Positions 1-12,400 of a DNA stretch of 64,000 nt are shown here, piece after piece; position 1 is the stretch's first letter, and the number at the start of each line of letters is the position of its first letter. The stretch comes from Felis catus. Its lineage: Eukaryota. The translations under genes and the position numbers were made by a program. The notes beneath the pieces were generated by a model that saw only the letters and a program-made list of their open reading frames with translations, was not told the DNA's origin and did no database searches. The stretch lies in NCBI RefSeq assembly GCF_018350175.1, contig NC_058368.1, positions 129,458,001 to 129,522,000 on the forward strand, read 5' to 3'.

Positions 1-194
1 GGTCTGTAGCCTGCCAGCCCACCCTGTGGATTTTGGACTTGCTAGCCTCCATAATTACGCGAGCCAATTCCTTAAAATAAATCTCTCTCTGTCTCTCTAC
101 ACATACGCACACACATACATATAAACATATACATACATATATCCATACACACACAGTATACTGGTTCTCTTTGTCTGGAGTCAGGACTAATACA
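1..194 (+). mobile_element. MLT2 (ERV-L) LTR, 3' part, cut by window start
   Basis: gagccaattccttaaaataaatctctctct, then a CA/TA-rich tract, then ctggttctctttgtctggag...gactaataca: the typical MLT2 3' end. Confidence 0.8.
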
Positions 195-294
195 GGGGGT
201 ATAAGCCCACCCAGTATCGAGCAGTAGCAGCAGCCATGGCAGCACATTCTGCTATTTTTTGAGTCCGATTCTGTGATCCAGGCGCTCTGCTTGA

Positions 295-440
295 TGTTTT
301 ATACACATCATCTCCTCCAACCACCCAACAAGTGAAGATTTTTACACCCATTTTACAAATGAGGAAATCAAGACTGAGAGAGCTAAGTGAATTACCCATG
401 GTCACATACCTGATAAGTGGTAGAATTGCCTGGTCAGGAG
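295..440 (-). mobile_element. MIR SINE
   Basis: MIR core in reverse: cccattttacaaatgaggaaatcaagactgagagagctaagtgaattacccatggtcaca. Confidence 0.8.
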
Positions 441-2359
441 CCCTTCCCGCCAAGCCCCCCTCCCCCAATGATTGAATGAAAAAAAAAAAATGAATAGCAG
501 CAGGAACCAAAAAATCCGGGTCTGGTGAATCCAAAATTCTGTTTTGCTGATGGCTAAAGCAAATTCATTAAATCCAGTACATTTTCCTTATGTATTAAAA
601 TAACATTTGCAATCTGCATGGGGCCCTTCTTTCTGCTAACGCATGGCAATTATATTTTTACACTGCAACTGCAAATCTGGTTTTTAGTTTTCCCGTTTTG
701 TTTTCATAAGCATAGTTTTACAGCCAATTGTTAACGGATTAACAACTTTGGGTGAAATCCATCAGTCTGCTCTGGTTTACCTCCATGGCTGGGAGTCTGT
801 TGACAAGGACAGAGCACAGAGGAGCTGGCTCTGACTTGAATAGACCAAATGGAGCATTAGTTCCCCTCGTAAACATTCACTGGTCCTCTGCTATGTTCCA
901 GACACTGTGCCATGCGTTCCGGACTCTGCCTCCTCAGCAGCACGGAGTCTATCTTAATCTTCTGGGCTCCCAGAATATAAAGAAATCCCCATCATGAAAT
1001 AAACACATCTAAACAGCAAAATATTTAGTTTCAGAAATACAGCCAATTGGATATGTCCCAAGTTTCTCCATCTATCTATCTTTGTATCCATTGATCCATA
1101 CATACATCCATACCTCTTAACAGTTTCTAAGCAATTATATCTCAATAGCAGTACTTTGAGATAACCAACAAAATGGTAATATCTGAAACCCATTCTCTCC
1201 TGAACTTTTTTCTATAACCTACAGCTATCAAGCAAGTCCCTCAAGAGCTGCAGTCATTTGAAAGGTGAGGATTGCTAACCCTCAGGGTTTAACCCTCTGC
1301 CCCATCCACACAGCGGCGCTGCGGTTTCTGGGGCACCAGAACATGACAAAACCATTCACATTTAGTTTTGCCCTGAATGGGAGGGATGTACAGAGAAAGC
1401 CCAAGTGTATAAACATAGCAGGTGTACATTCTTGTAGTTTAAATGAAGTAAAAAGGCAGAACGTATTCAAAGAAAGCAGACACAAAGACTTACACAAAAT
1501 ACAAAGTCACAATCTCCTTGCCCCCATTACCCCTCCTCCGTGCAAAGGCCAGTCACCGTCATCACACAGAAGAAGGTGGGAAAGAGTTAAGTAACAAAAG
1601 CCGCTGAGGAGGCAGGAGGCAGATCTAAATCCAGCTGCAGAAGCCGAAGGATAAGGATGCCAGTGGAAGGTGCAGAAAGACCCCAGGAGCCACATTACAG
1701 AGTGGATTGCAGAAAGCAGCCATAGAGGACTGAACTTCTGAGTGATCCGGAAGAGAGAAACACAACTTTGCTTTCTGTCCATAAAATCCCTCACCCTGTA
1801 ACCACGGCTAGAGTTTTGCAGGAGGAAGCATTCTCAGACAATGGCATTTTGGAGGAGGCATTTTGCCCAAGGCATCAGCAGAATACATTTGTCATCTGAA
1901 GGCAACACATGGAGAACTGTACCTCCAGCTTTTCTGCGTTGCACAGAATTATGCTGTCACCAAGAGGAACACACAAAGCTAGAAAGAGAAATGCAAACGA
2001 CAAAGTCTGAATAGTTCAAAAGGGAAGGTTCTTGTTTTGCGAAGACTGAATTTCTAGAATTACAGACAGGAAGACTTGATACTGGGAGCGTCTAGGTATC
2101 CACTTCAGTGATGGCAGGCAATTTGGATCAGCACAGGGGCCGTGGAGGCAAAGCCATGCTTCATCTCTGCCGAGAGCATCTGTGGTAGGAGGACAGAGAA
2201 GGTGGCAGGAGAGAGAAAGTCACTCTTATGTGGATCCTGTAGGGTGAGCGGTAGTTCACCAGGCTAATGGTAGAAGAGAAGAAGCATCCTAAACCAAGCA
2301 AAGAAGCACAGAAATAAGAAACAGTATGCTCATTCACCAATGGCTGATGAAGAGGGACA

Positions 2360-2545
2360 TAATAATCATTACCGTTCCTGAGGACTTTTTACATTCATTA
2401 TTTCATTCAATCCTCCTAACATACCTATGAAGACAGCGTAAATACTTCCATTTTACAAATGAGAAAACTAAGGCAGGGAAGCCAAGTAACTTGCTAAAGG
2501 TGGTCTAGTGGTCAGTCATTGAGCTAGAATTAAAACCCAATTCTA
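2360..2545 (-). mobile_element. MIR SINE
   Basis: cattttacaaatgagaaaactaaggcag...aagtaacttgctaaagg. Confidence 0.75.
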
Positions 2546-2659
2546 CACTGGACTGCACATTTTTTGGTTTCCTGTAAAAACATTTGGTACTTAAATAAAT
2601 TGTAAAGAGTGTATTTAATAAGCCTTTTCTCAATGTAATGACCTCCTCAAGCTACCACC

Positions 2660-3140
2660 TTCGATTTCTCTTCCCGTTTGCACCAAGGCTTCTTGAGAGG
2701 GTTCTCGTGCTTGGACAGCATTTCCTCACCTCCCTCTGAACCTACCCTCCACCTATTGGGATCTACCTCCTGCACCAGTGCTCCACCAACACTGCTCTTG
2801 CCAAGGTCAGTCAGGCCCGTGTTTCATTCAAGCGATTGAACACTTGCTGGTGATGATCTGGCTGGGGCCTTGGCAGCCTTCAATGCCATACCCTACTCAA
2901 AACAATTTCTGCCTTTTGGCTTCTGTGGGTTAGCAGCCTCCCCAGCCCCCTTCTGTCAGCGTCACAGCTGAGCCTTCTCTTCCCCCTTTTCTGTCTCTCT
3001 TCCCTGGCATGTGGAGGCCCGTGGCATGTGCCAGGCATGTGGAGGCCCGTCAGGGCTCTGCTGTCCTCACGCTCTCTCCATGTAATCCTGAAACATTTTA
3101 TCAACACCTGGGCTTCAGTTGCCATCTGCACTCTGCTGAT
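2660..3140 (+). mobile_element. L2 LINE fragment
   Basis: Pyrimidine-rich, with the L2-like motif ctccaccaacactgctcttgccaaggtca. Confidence 0.55.
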
Positions 3141-3199
3141 TTCTAGAAGAGAACTGCTGCTTTTATTTTTTTTCATTTGTTTCTGTTTCAGTATTTGCT

Positions 3200-3615
3200 G
3201 CCTAGTAGCAGCCACTTTTCTTCTGGTGATAGCACCTTTTGCTCTTAGGCCCTCCCCTTATTCTTAGCATCTGTGGTTTGATGGGACTGAATTTGGAGTG
3301 GTCATGTGTTTAGAACCTTCGTTCTGGTCACTTTGCTCCAGGAATTGCTTCAGATATGGATACACGGCCACCTGGCTCAGGACTTCTGTTCCCACTGTTG
3401 GGGAAATAGAAGCTTCCTTTAATATGGGCCCTGAACCTGAAAAGATGTAGGTTGGAGGTACGACAGCCATTTTGCCACCACGAGGAGGGAACATCTTTGA
3501 GAATGAAGCCAAAAGAGAAAACATAATAGAGAAACTGGGGAGAAAAATGGATCCTGTTGCCCCATTTGAATCTCTATATCCAGCCGTGCCTCTCGACCTA
3601 CACACTCCAACCTGG
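3200..3615 (+). mobile_element. Old MaLR (MLT1-type) LTR fragment
   Basis: cagccattttgccacc and atttgaatctctatatccagccgtgcct resemble old MLT1 LTRs; subfamily not resolved. Confidence 0.45.
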
Positions 3616-3616
3616 T

Positions 3617-3890
3617 ATCCACTAGCCACCCATAGCTATTAAACGCTTTATATATTTTAGTATATTTTATATTTATACAGAATGTAAATATATTAAATAC
3701 CCTCTAGTACCTTTTTTATATATCAGGTTATTAAATTATATTATTAAAATTAATTTTGCCTGTTGGTTGTTTTTTGTTTTAGTTTTTTTTTTTGTTTTTT
3801 TTTCTTTTAGTTATTTAGTGTGGCTACTAGAACATTTAAAATTACATGTGTGGCTCACGTTATATTTCTCTCGGACTATGGTGCTCTAGA
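3617..3890 (-). mobile_element. MER33-like hAT-Charlie DNA transposon remnant
   Basis: tatattattaaaattaatttt...gtggctactagaacatttaaaattacatgtgtggctcacgttatatttct. Confidence 0.7.
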
Positions 3891-5399
3891 CTTTTAATTT
3901 CCATCACTGAAAATTTACTTTGTTGTTGCTGTTGTTTACATCTACAACCGTAAACACAAACAACTGTGCAACCATAAAATCTCCTATAATGCAGCCATTA
4001 AATATATCTCCATCCCAGCTCCTTCCCCTAGGCATCAGTCCCAAATGTAGTGAGATATCCAATGGGGTAGACATTTATTTTAATACTAGTGAGATGTCCT
4101 TTAAAAGTTTCTAGCCATTTTCTACCTCCACCAGTAAAGACATCAGTTTATCTTTGGAAAAGCCTTTCTTTGATTTAAGAAAATAATTGACTTATGAAAA
4201 TAATTACCTTTTCTGACTCAAAGGTAAAGCAAATGTGGCACACATCATTTTTGAAGAAGATTGTCACCCATTAACCTGTAAATGCCTCAAGTTGACATGT
4301 CGCACATTTTGTTTAGAAATGCAAATTAATATATTTTTAGTAGGATTATGCACTTGAAAAGATTTTTTTCCTAAATGTGATTTTTTTTAAACTTAATTGT
4401 CACCACATCGTTCTTTGTTCTTGGGTATATGTATATGCATATGCTCACATACACATAGGTTCCGTCTTAAAATTACTCACTGGAGATCAGGAGCAGAAAC
4501 CAGATGATTGATAGGATAGATGGAGAAGCATATCTTTACCTTTAACTGGAGGGTGCAGAGACCTAAAAGGAACCAGATGGGAAATGCAAAAGTCTACTCT
4601 GGACTGAAAACCCACTTGTGATGTTATTTCAGGTGGTATAATCTAGATTTGGGGAAATTGAACATCAAACTTTGTGATTGCCCTGTCTGCGCTCTTAGGA
4701 CCAGACCACACACTGTGGTCTAAGAGTTGACTTTTTCCCTGAAGAAAATAGCTGTAAAGCTGAGAGAGAAGTATTTCTCTTCTCTTGAATGCCAGGAGCA
4801 AATCTGTCCTCTTGAGTAGGAGGGACATGAAACAGAACTGCCATTGTGGTCTGACCACTGTAAATGTTACAGCAGGCTGAGGAGTCCAAGAAAAGGGTTA
4901 TAACCAGAAGGTAACCACTTATTAAAGCCCAAGATCTAGAAGTAGAAGTTAGCTAATATCTTAGTTTTCCCCTTCTGTTTCTAACTACCTTTTAGTATCC
5001 CCAAGCCGTCTGTAGAATTTTGTTAAATACCACTGTCTGGTCTATGTGTGCTGTGTATGGTTAAGAGAGCTATATGTGTCCATCCTAGGATTAAACAGTA
5101 GAATGGAGAGAGCTGATGTAGTTCAGAGAAGTCAAATAAAAGTTGCAAGAGCTGATTTACCTCCTGGGTCTCATACGGCACCTAGAGGAAAGATGGCTGG
5201 TAGAGGTGACAACTGACCTTGGGAAGGGGGTAGTGGAACATGTGAGCTTGAGTGAGGAATTCCCAGAAGATACTTGGGAGGGAGAACTTAGTAGAAAAAC
5301 AAAATTCCGATGACCTGTGCAGTGAGACCTTTTAATAGCTGGGTATTAAATGAGATCATCAATGCGTAGGAAAGGCAGTAACACTCACCAATACTCCCT

Positions 5400-5741
5400 G
5401 TGCTTCTCAACACTTCCTAGCATCCATACTATTAGCTGGGGGCCATGTGGCTAGTATTGTTGAGTGAGCTCTGAGGAGAAGTGAAGAGGCAAGGCACAAT
5501 TTTCCAGGATTTTTTCCATTTTGGTGGCAACCAAAGAGTTGACATATTTCAGTTAGTGTAGCTACAAGATTAAAGAGCTGTCATCAGTGTAGGCCCCTAT
5601 GTGTAGAGCAGGACTTGCCTCCAGTCTCTTTGAAGCACATAACCTAGCTGAGATAGAAACTTTTGTGTTCATTAGACCATGAGATTTTTGTTTATTTCTT
5701 TGTTTAAACTGCAGCATAATCTAGTATATTCTAACGATACA
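5400..5741 (+). mobile_element. Old MaLR (MLT1-type) LTR
   Basis: ggggccatgtggctagt at the start and gcagcataatctagtatattctaacgataca at the end. Confidence 0.55.
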
Positions 5742-5799
5742 CCATGTAATCTGATTTGCATGGTGCAAGGTACAAAGCAAACACTTTATAAATGTTAGC

Positions 5800-6030
5800 T
5801 ACTATGAAAGCTTGTGTCCTGCTTGCCTTCAGACCCATTCTTTGCCTGGCCTGTGTTCTGAGATCCGTCACAGAGGATAGACAGCACCAGGCTGTGTTTA
5901 CAGGACTCTTATGTCTGCTGATTTCTAGTTGGGTTCAGGTAACAGGAGGCACTGAAGGAAATAGGAGAGCAGAAGAATGTGAGAAGCCTGGATGTTTCTC
6001 CCCCTCTTTCTGCTTTGGATGGCATCCCTA
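5800..6030. mobile_element. LTR33-like ERV-L LTR fragment
   Basis: ttcagacccattct...gatttctagttgggttcaggtaacaggaggcact. Confidence 0.45.
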
Positions 6031-6049
6031 GAAGAAAGTGCACTTTTAA

Positions 6050-6870
6050 GTTGTTGAAAGAAAATAACAATCTAAAATTCTATACCCAACAAAAGTCTTC
6101 TTCAAAAATGAAGGCCAAATAAAGACATACACAGGAACACCAAAATTGATAGAATTATTCACCACCAGATCTATACTAAAATAAATACACAGGGATTCTT
6201 CATGATCCCAGATGGAAGCACAGAAATACAGTAAGGAATAAACAGCAACAGAAAAGGTAAAAAAAATAGCTAAACCTAGATGAACACAGAATGAACAATA
6301 ATTGTAAAAATATAGTGTGATTAAAACTATGTGTACAACTTAAAGTTTTGTAAAAGCCTTGCATTTTGTGGTTTGTTAGAAAAGTACCAATTTAAAAGAG
6401 ATCCTAGTAAGTCAAGGATGCAGACTGTAGTCTCTAAGTAACCATTAAAAAAATTATATATATGTATATATTTGTATATAATTAACAAGATACTAGAGAA
6501 GGCAATAGAATAAAAATTATTTGATTAATATAAAATGTGGCAAGAAAGAAGAATATAAGAACCAAAGAACAGATGGGGAAAAAGTACTAAGATGGTAAAT
6601 TTAAACCTGATGTATCATTAAGTTAAATGTAAATGGATTAAATATTCTAGTTAGAAAAGAAATATTACCAGACTTGATAAAAAAAAAACAAAACTCAGTT
6701 ATATGCTGTGTATCTGAGGTATATCATAAATGTAATGATGCAGAGAGGTTGGAAGGAAAAGGATGTAAAAAGACAGACCATGAAAACAACAAAAAAAGAA
6801 GGAGAAAAGGGCCTAGAATAGCTAAACTAATATCTGCCAGAAATAGATTTTAAAGCAACAAGTCACTACA
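6050..6870 (+). mobile_element. Degenerate L1M: ORF1 end, spacer and start of ORF2 endonuclease
   Basis: A-rich; aattctatacccaacaaaagtcttcttcaaaaatgaaggccaaataaagaca (ORF1 C-terminal region) and aatgtaaatggattaaat (NVNGLN motif); many disruptions. Confidence 0.8.
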
Positions 6871-7290
6871 ACAGCCTTCTAATGAGTCTCTTTTCCTACA
6901 GCTTTGTTCTCTCTAATCAAATCTTCAGCTACAAAGTGGTTCTTCTAGAATACTAGCCTGGTTTTATTATATCCCTATTAAAATACATTTAATGATGTCT
7001 CATTGTACCCAAAAAATAGCCTTAGTCCTGTCATCTATCCCTTGCCTTCCTCTCCAGATTTACCTCTTGCAACTTAGCACTTCCCTCAGGCTCCATCCAT
7101 AACCAAAGTCTTTCAGTTCCTGAAACAGACCAGACTCTATCTCTTCACAGATGCTTTATTTCCTTTGGGCTTTGTACCTAACACCTCCTTCATCCATGGG
7201 GTGGACCTCACATCTGGACCTCACATCTCACATCCTGGACCTCACATCTTGAGTCTATCTAACTTCCATTCATCTTTCAGTTTTCAGTAT
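6870..7290 (+). mobile_element. L2 LINE 3' fragment
   Basis: acaacagccttctaatgagtctc...tctttcagttcctgaaacagaccag...aacttccattcatctttcag. Confidence 0.6.
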
Positions 7291-7369
7291 CAGGTCTGTT
7301 AACAAACCAATCTCCCTGTCCCCTAGTAAGCACAAGACAAATTTAGTCTTGACAGGCTTGTCCATATTA

Positions 7370-7905
7370 GGGCTTGTCCTCTCTCTTCCTTACATTTTGG
7401 AACTTTGTAACCAACATGAGAAGAAATCTATGCTGGCCAAACAAATATTGAGAGACCATGTGGAACAAAGACAAGCTATCCAACTGAGACCCTTATAGAC
7501 CAATCTGCCAAAAATGAGATGCGTAAGATCATCCTAGACTGTCCAGCTCCGGCCAAGCTAACTGTAACCAAAAAAGCCACTTCAGATATTCCAGTTATCC
7601 TAGCCAACCCAAATTGTGAGCTAAATTAAATAAATGTTGTTATAAACTACCAATTTTTTTAATGCTTACTTATTTTTGAGAGAGGGAGAAAGTACAAGCA
7701 GGAGAGGGGCCGATAGAGAGGGAGACACAGAACCTGAAGCAGGCTCCAAGCTGGTAGCATAGAGCCCGACATGGAGCTTGAACTCACAAACTGTGAGATC
7801 ATGACCCGAGCTAAAGTCAGACGCTTAACCAACTGAGCCACCCAGGCACCCCTAAACTAGCAAATTTTAAATGGTTGGTTTACCCAGCAAAAGGTAATCA
7901 ATACA
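7370..7905 (+). mobile_element. MLT1 LTR interrupted by a SINE
   Basis: gagagaccatgtggaac...aattgtgagctaaattaaataaatgttgtt, then the SINE, then ggtttacccagcaaaaggtaatcaataca. Confidence 0.6.
7654..7852 (-). mobile_element. Carnivore SINE (SINEC, felid type)
   Basis: Reverse head ...gagccacccaggcacccc, (GA)n tract and poly-T; diverged TSD taaactac/gcaa. Confidence 0.95.
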
Positions 7906-8369
7906 ACAGTCAATCTATATGTGAAAACTTACAGTAAATATCTTGAAATACTCATCATATTAATTGTACTTTAAAATAAAAACTCTTCTTTTGAAGCAAA
8001 TATATAAAATTAAAATCAGTATATGTTGTCCATCTGTTCGATTTGCTAATGATTGTATATTTTATCATGTGATAATGTTCTAGGGAGTATTAACTTACCA
8101 TCCTCTTGAATACTTTCAACTCTTTTAGTTCTGGCTTCACAATTGCTTCTAGTATGCAAGATGACCTACCTCCACGTATGCAAGTCTCTGCTTTCTATTG
8201 TTGCCATTTGATCATTCTTAGTTTAATTCTTTTGTATATTTGAGGATAGCCATAGAAAGAATAACATGTCTGCTCTTGATTTTCTTCTACAGGTCTTTTT
8301 TTTTAATCAAACTAGGGGGAAATAATGTTTTTACTGCAGCGAAATTTGAAAGCTAGAATCAGAACATCT

Positions 8370-8520
8370 GAGTTGCAAGGGGTGGAACGAAGACTCCATC
8401 TCTCATTCTGTGGGTGAGTCCCACATCTCTCTGAGACTCAGTCTCCTTTCGTAAGGGGGTAACAACACACACTTCACAGAGCCTTGTAAATGCTAATGCA
8501 CTGCGCACAGGCAAGTTATT
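8370..8520 (+). mobile_element. MIR SINE, degraded
   Basis: gggtgagtcccacatctctctgagactcagtctcc...acttcacagag. Confidence 0.55.
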
Positions 8521-11079
8521 GTTACAAATGAGCAGCCTTTAAGTCCTCAGATGGTGGTTTTCTGTTTCCAGTCAAAATGAAATTGGTATGAAGCACAAAG
8601 GTCATGGGGCATCCCACCCCGTGGAGTCCTTGTAGCTCCACACCTTCCCCTTGTCTTCCTAAAGAGACTTGTTTAGAGGCCTTTGAGCTAGTTCTGGAGC
8701 TTGCTTTGTAGCGGCTCAAGTGTGGCTAGAAAAACCTACAGTTGTCAATCAAGTTATCCTGTAACAGGTAACTTGCTTCTTTTGATCAACACATAAGCAA
8801 ACAAACAATATTTCAAATAGAGAACCATACAACCTATGTTTAAACTAATGCAACCATCTCAGTTTCGTCTAATAGACTAGAATGGACTGGGTTTACAAGG
8901 AGAGATGTAAGTGACCAGAGGAATTCTTTGTAATCATTTGATAGTGCCAGAGGTGGAAAAGACAACTATTTTTACAGATACCTCTTTTCCCTTTTCAAAA
9001 ATGACAGTGACGATAATACATTCAGCACTTTGGCTGAGAAAACTGATTCAGGGCTGCCGGCTTTTCAACACTGTGTCTGTATATATGTCTTCTGTTTTAG
9101 GGGAAGCAGGTTCAGCTCCTATTTCAAGGACCTTTCCATGCTGACAGTACTTTGTTACCTGAACTACAAGGTACCTTTGCCCTAAGTGAGTGGGTCTGTT
9201 CATTTGTCTATTGGCGTAATTTCCCAGCAATCAGCAAGTTGCCGCTCCGTCTCTAATGATGACTGGGTTTTTTATTTGCCGCGCAGCCCGGCAGTATTTA
9301 TCAATGTCCCTGCTGCTTGCTTTTAAGTGATCACTGATCTATAATTCCTCTTTAGTTTATCAGTCAGGTCTACTTTATAAGATGACTATTTACGAGGCAA
9401 TATGAATGTTGGCTGGCCTTGGACAGTTACAGCAACAGTTCATTTCAAGTGTCCCATTGTTATAAATACATTCTGGTCTCCACTCAACTCATCACAAAGT
9501 GGAAATAAATAGAGCAATGAATTTTTCTCTATAGCTTTTCCAGTTAGGTGAGCTTGTTTCATCTGGGCTTTCACCTCCCTGTCAGCCTGCAAGTAAACTC
9601 TCAACCCGTAAGACACCTAAAGAAATAGGTAATTCTTTCTGAGATTCCAAACATTAGGCTGAAAAGCATTTAATGGGTCTGACTGAAAAATGAATAAAAT
9701 GTCTGTGGGGTAAATATTCAAATACAAGAATTAGATTTCAGCACGGCAAAAACAAACATTTGTGAGATTTTTCAAATACTCTTTGTCTTTTTTTCCCAAA
9801 TATAATTTGCATTTGCTAAGTTTCTTTTGTGTTTTTTTTTAAACATCTTGACATTTGAATCTCAAGAGAGTCTATTAGGTGCTCCTTAATAAATTATTCT
9901 AAATCTCATTAATTTCTTGTCTTCAAGGTGCTTCTTTTAACGAAAGAGCATTGAATTGTAAATCCTTTCCAAGGTGTTTATTAGGAGATATTGCTTTGTG
10001 ACCTTTATGGCCATTATTTTGGCAGAACCATTATGAAAATAAACTTTGTTCCTAGAGTGTTTAAACAGAAAGAATATACTCAGGCTAACTTTCCATCTAA
10101 ATTCATCCAAAATATACTCCAAGGATAGAGAAGAGCCATGTTGTTTAGAAAGTCAATCTTTTTAATTCTGCCTTTTTTTTTTTTTTTCTGGGTAGACTAA
10201 ACAAATAAGTCACCACAGGCACTGTACATTTTTTCTATTCCTTTCTCTTGGGATGAAATATGAAATAATCTACAAAGTAATTTGATCCAGCAATTAAAAA
10301 CAAGGACATGAATTACACTAACAACTGTCACATAGAAAGAATTAATTCCCTCATAACACTGCTTGATGTTACAGACCCTAGGTGATTACGAACAGATTGT
10401 AATTGGAAAAGAGCCAAACCAATTCAGGTATCTCCAAAACACAGGGGTAAGCCTCAACTTGCAAACAGAGAACATTTTTTACTACCCACAGGAGTATCTT
10501 TTTGCAATTGGTGCTCAGATGTTTATCTAGCGATTATTCAATGCACCCAGCGTTGCAGCCATCCGAGGTACTGCACGTGGCGATGCACCGATCCTTGCTT
10601 CTGAGAGTTAGCACATCATTAATGGGAAGCAGACCTTCTGGAGGTTGTGTTTCTAGAAATGATGTCCCCCCGAGTATGGATTATTGGCTGCTTGTGTTTA
10701 GTACTGTAGTATGTCATTCTAAATAATGGACATTAGCTAGCTGGTGTGTCATTGGGCAAAGTAGGTAGAGGACGGTGATGCCTGCTGCTTGTTGGGAGAA
10801 ATTTTATTTTCCCAGTGGTGTGCAGATATCACGGCCCCTTTCGAACACTTTATCATTTCTGGTCCGAGGCAAAGCTCTCTATTGAAGAAAACTGTTACAC
10901 TCTGATATAATGGAAAGAACTTCATTTGGAGAGTCACAAGATCTAGGGTTTTTTTTCCCCCTGCTTATAAAAGTACATAATACAAAAAGAAGGTGTACCA
11001 CAAAAGTACATAATATAACAGGGCATAAGAATTTTTTTAAAAGCATAGCAAAAGACAAGAAAAAATTCTCAATAATTAA

Positions 11080-12400
11080 TCTATTCATGGATAACAACCA
11101 TTAGCATTTGGGGTTTTATTTTTCTAGTCTTTTTCACATTTTTTGAGTTTGAGGTCATCCTTTTTATCCAGTTTATACGCTGTTTTGTTTTATTCTGTTT
11201 GCTTAAAATTTGTCAAGTGTGTTTTACCATGTCATTGAAAACCTTGACATATAATTTATAACAACTGCATAATAGCCTATCTTTTGGATGTTCCAGAATT
11301 TATTTAAAGTCTCCTGATGTTGTCTTCATTTTTAACCACATATTTGTACGTAACTCTTTGTCTACATTTTTGCCATTTCTTTTGGATGATTTTCTAAATG
11401 GGGAGCTAGTAGGTCAAAGGATGTGAGCCTTTTTTTTGCAAGTTTCTTAGTCTCTGTTCTGATTGCATTGCAGAATCATTGCAAAAACAAAGAAACAAAC
11501 AAAAGCCCTGATACTTAAAGAAGAAAACAAAATTACCACTGTCTTTGTACCAATTCCTTCCTTCCTCCCTTCCTTCCTCCCTCCCTCCCTTCCTTCCTTT
11601 TTCCCTCCTACCCTCTCTGCCTTCCTCTGTCCATCCTTCCCCTCTTTCTATGGAAGAGCAATGGAACCATATGATTAAAAACTGTTTTGTAATTTGCTGG
11701 TTTTGCCTAACAATACACTGTGGACACAAAGAATATAATATTTTTAAGGCTGTTGACATATGTAAAACTGATGTCCAGAAAGGCCCCATCAATTCCACTC
11801 TCGTGAGTGGGGTATGAAGTGACCATCTCATTCTACTAGCGCCATCACCAAATATTGCCTCCGTTATAATCTTTGCTATTTAACGGTAACTTATTCTAGC
11901 TTTATGTTATGTTTATTTGCACATTTGTGAAGGTAAATGTCTTCTTCTCTTTGGACCCTTGAGTTCCCTCTTTTGTCCTTTGTTGCCTCCGTGCCTATTT
12001 CTTTCTGCAGTCTTGTGTGCATACTGATGCGCATGGGCTCCGGATGTAATAAGTGACTTAGACCTTTTACATCATTGTGGCAAATGCTTTTCCTTGTTTC
12101 TTGTTTCTTAATCTTATTTATTTTTTTGAATTGGGCTTTTAAAAATTAGTTAAATTTGTTTTCTTTCCATGTAGTACTTTTCTCTTGTTTTCAAATGCAG
12201 ACAGTCCCTCCACATACAGAGCACAGGTAAATATTCAACTTTTGTTTCCTCTTTACAGTTTTTATTTTAATATACCTGGTATTTATCATGGAATACAGCA
12301 GAAGATTAGAATCTACATTGAACTCTGTTTCCAAATATTCAAACTTTCCTGTTAAATTGTTAGGTTTTTTTTTTTTTTAGCATATGTAAAGTTCTTTTTT
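11080..12400 (-). mobile_element. Very old L1M(E) fragments
   Basis: T-rich, with antisense L1 3' motifs such as gctagtaggtcaaaggatgtg and tttttaaggctgttgacatatg. Confidence 0.55.
11555..11648. repeat. Degenerate (TTCC/TCCC)n pyrimidine tract
   Basis: Directly visible. Confidence 0.9.

Noticed and set aside
4693..4726. Hairpin ctctt...agaccac-acact-gtggtct-aagag
   Set aside because: Short, bulged and within what looks like degraded CR1/L3-like sequence; probably chance.
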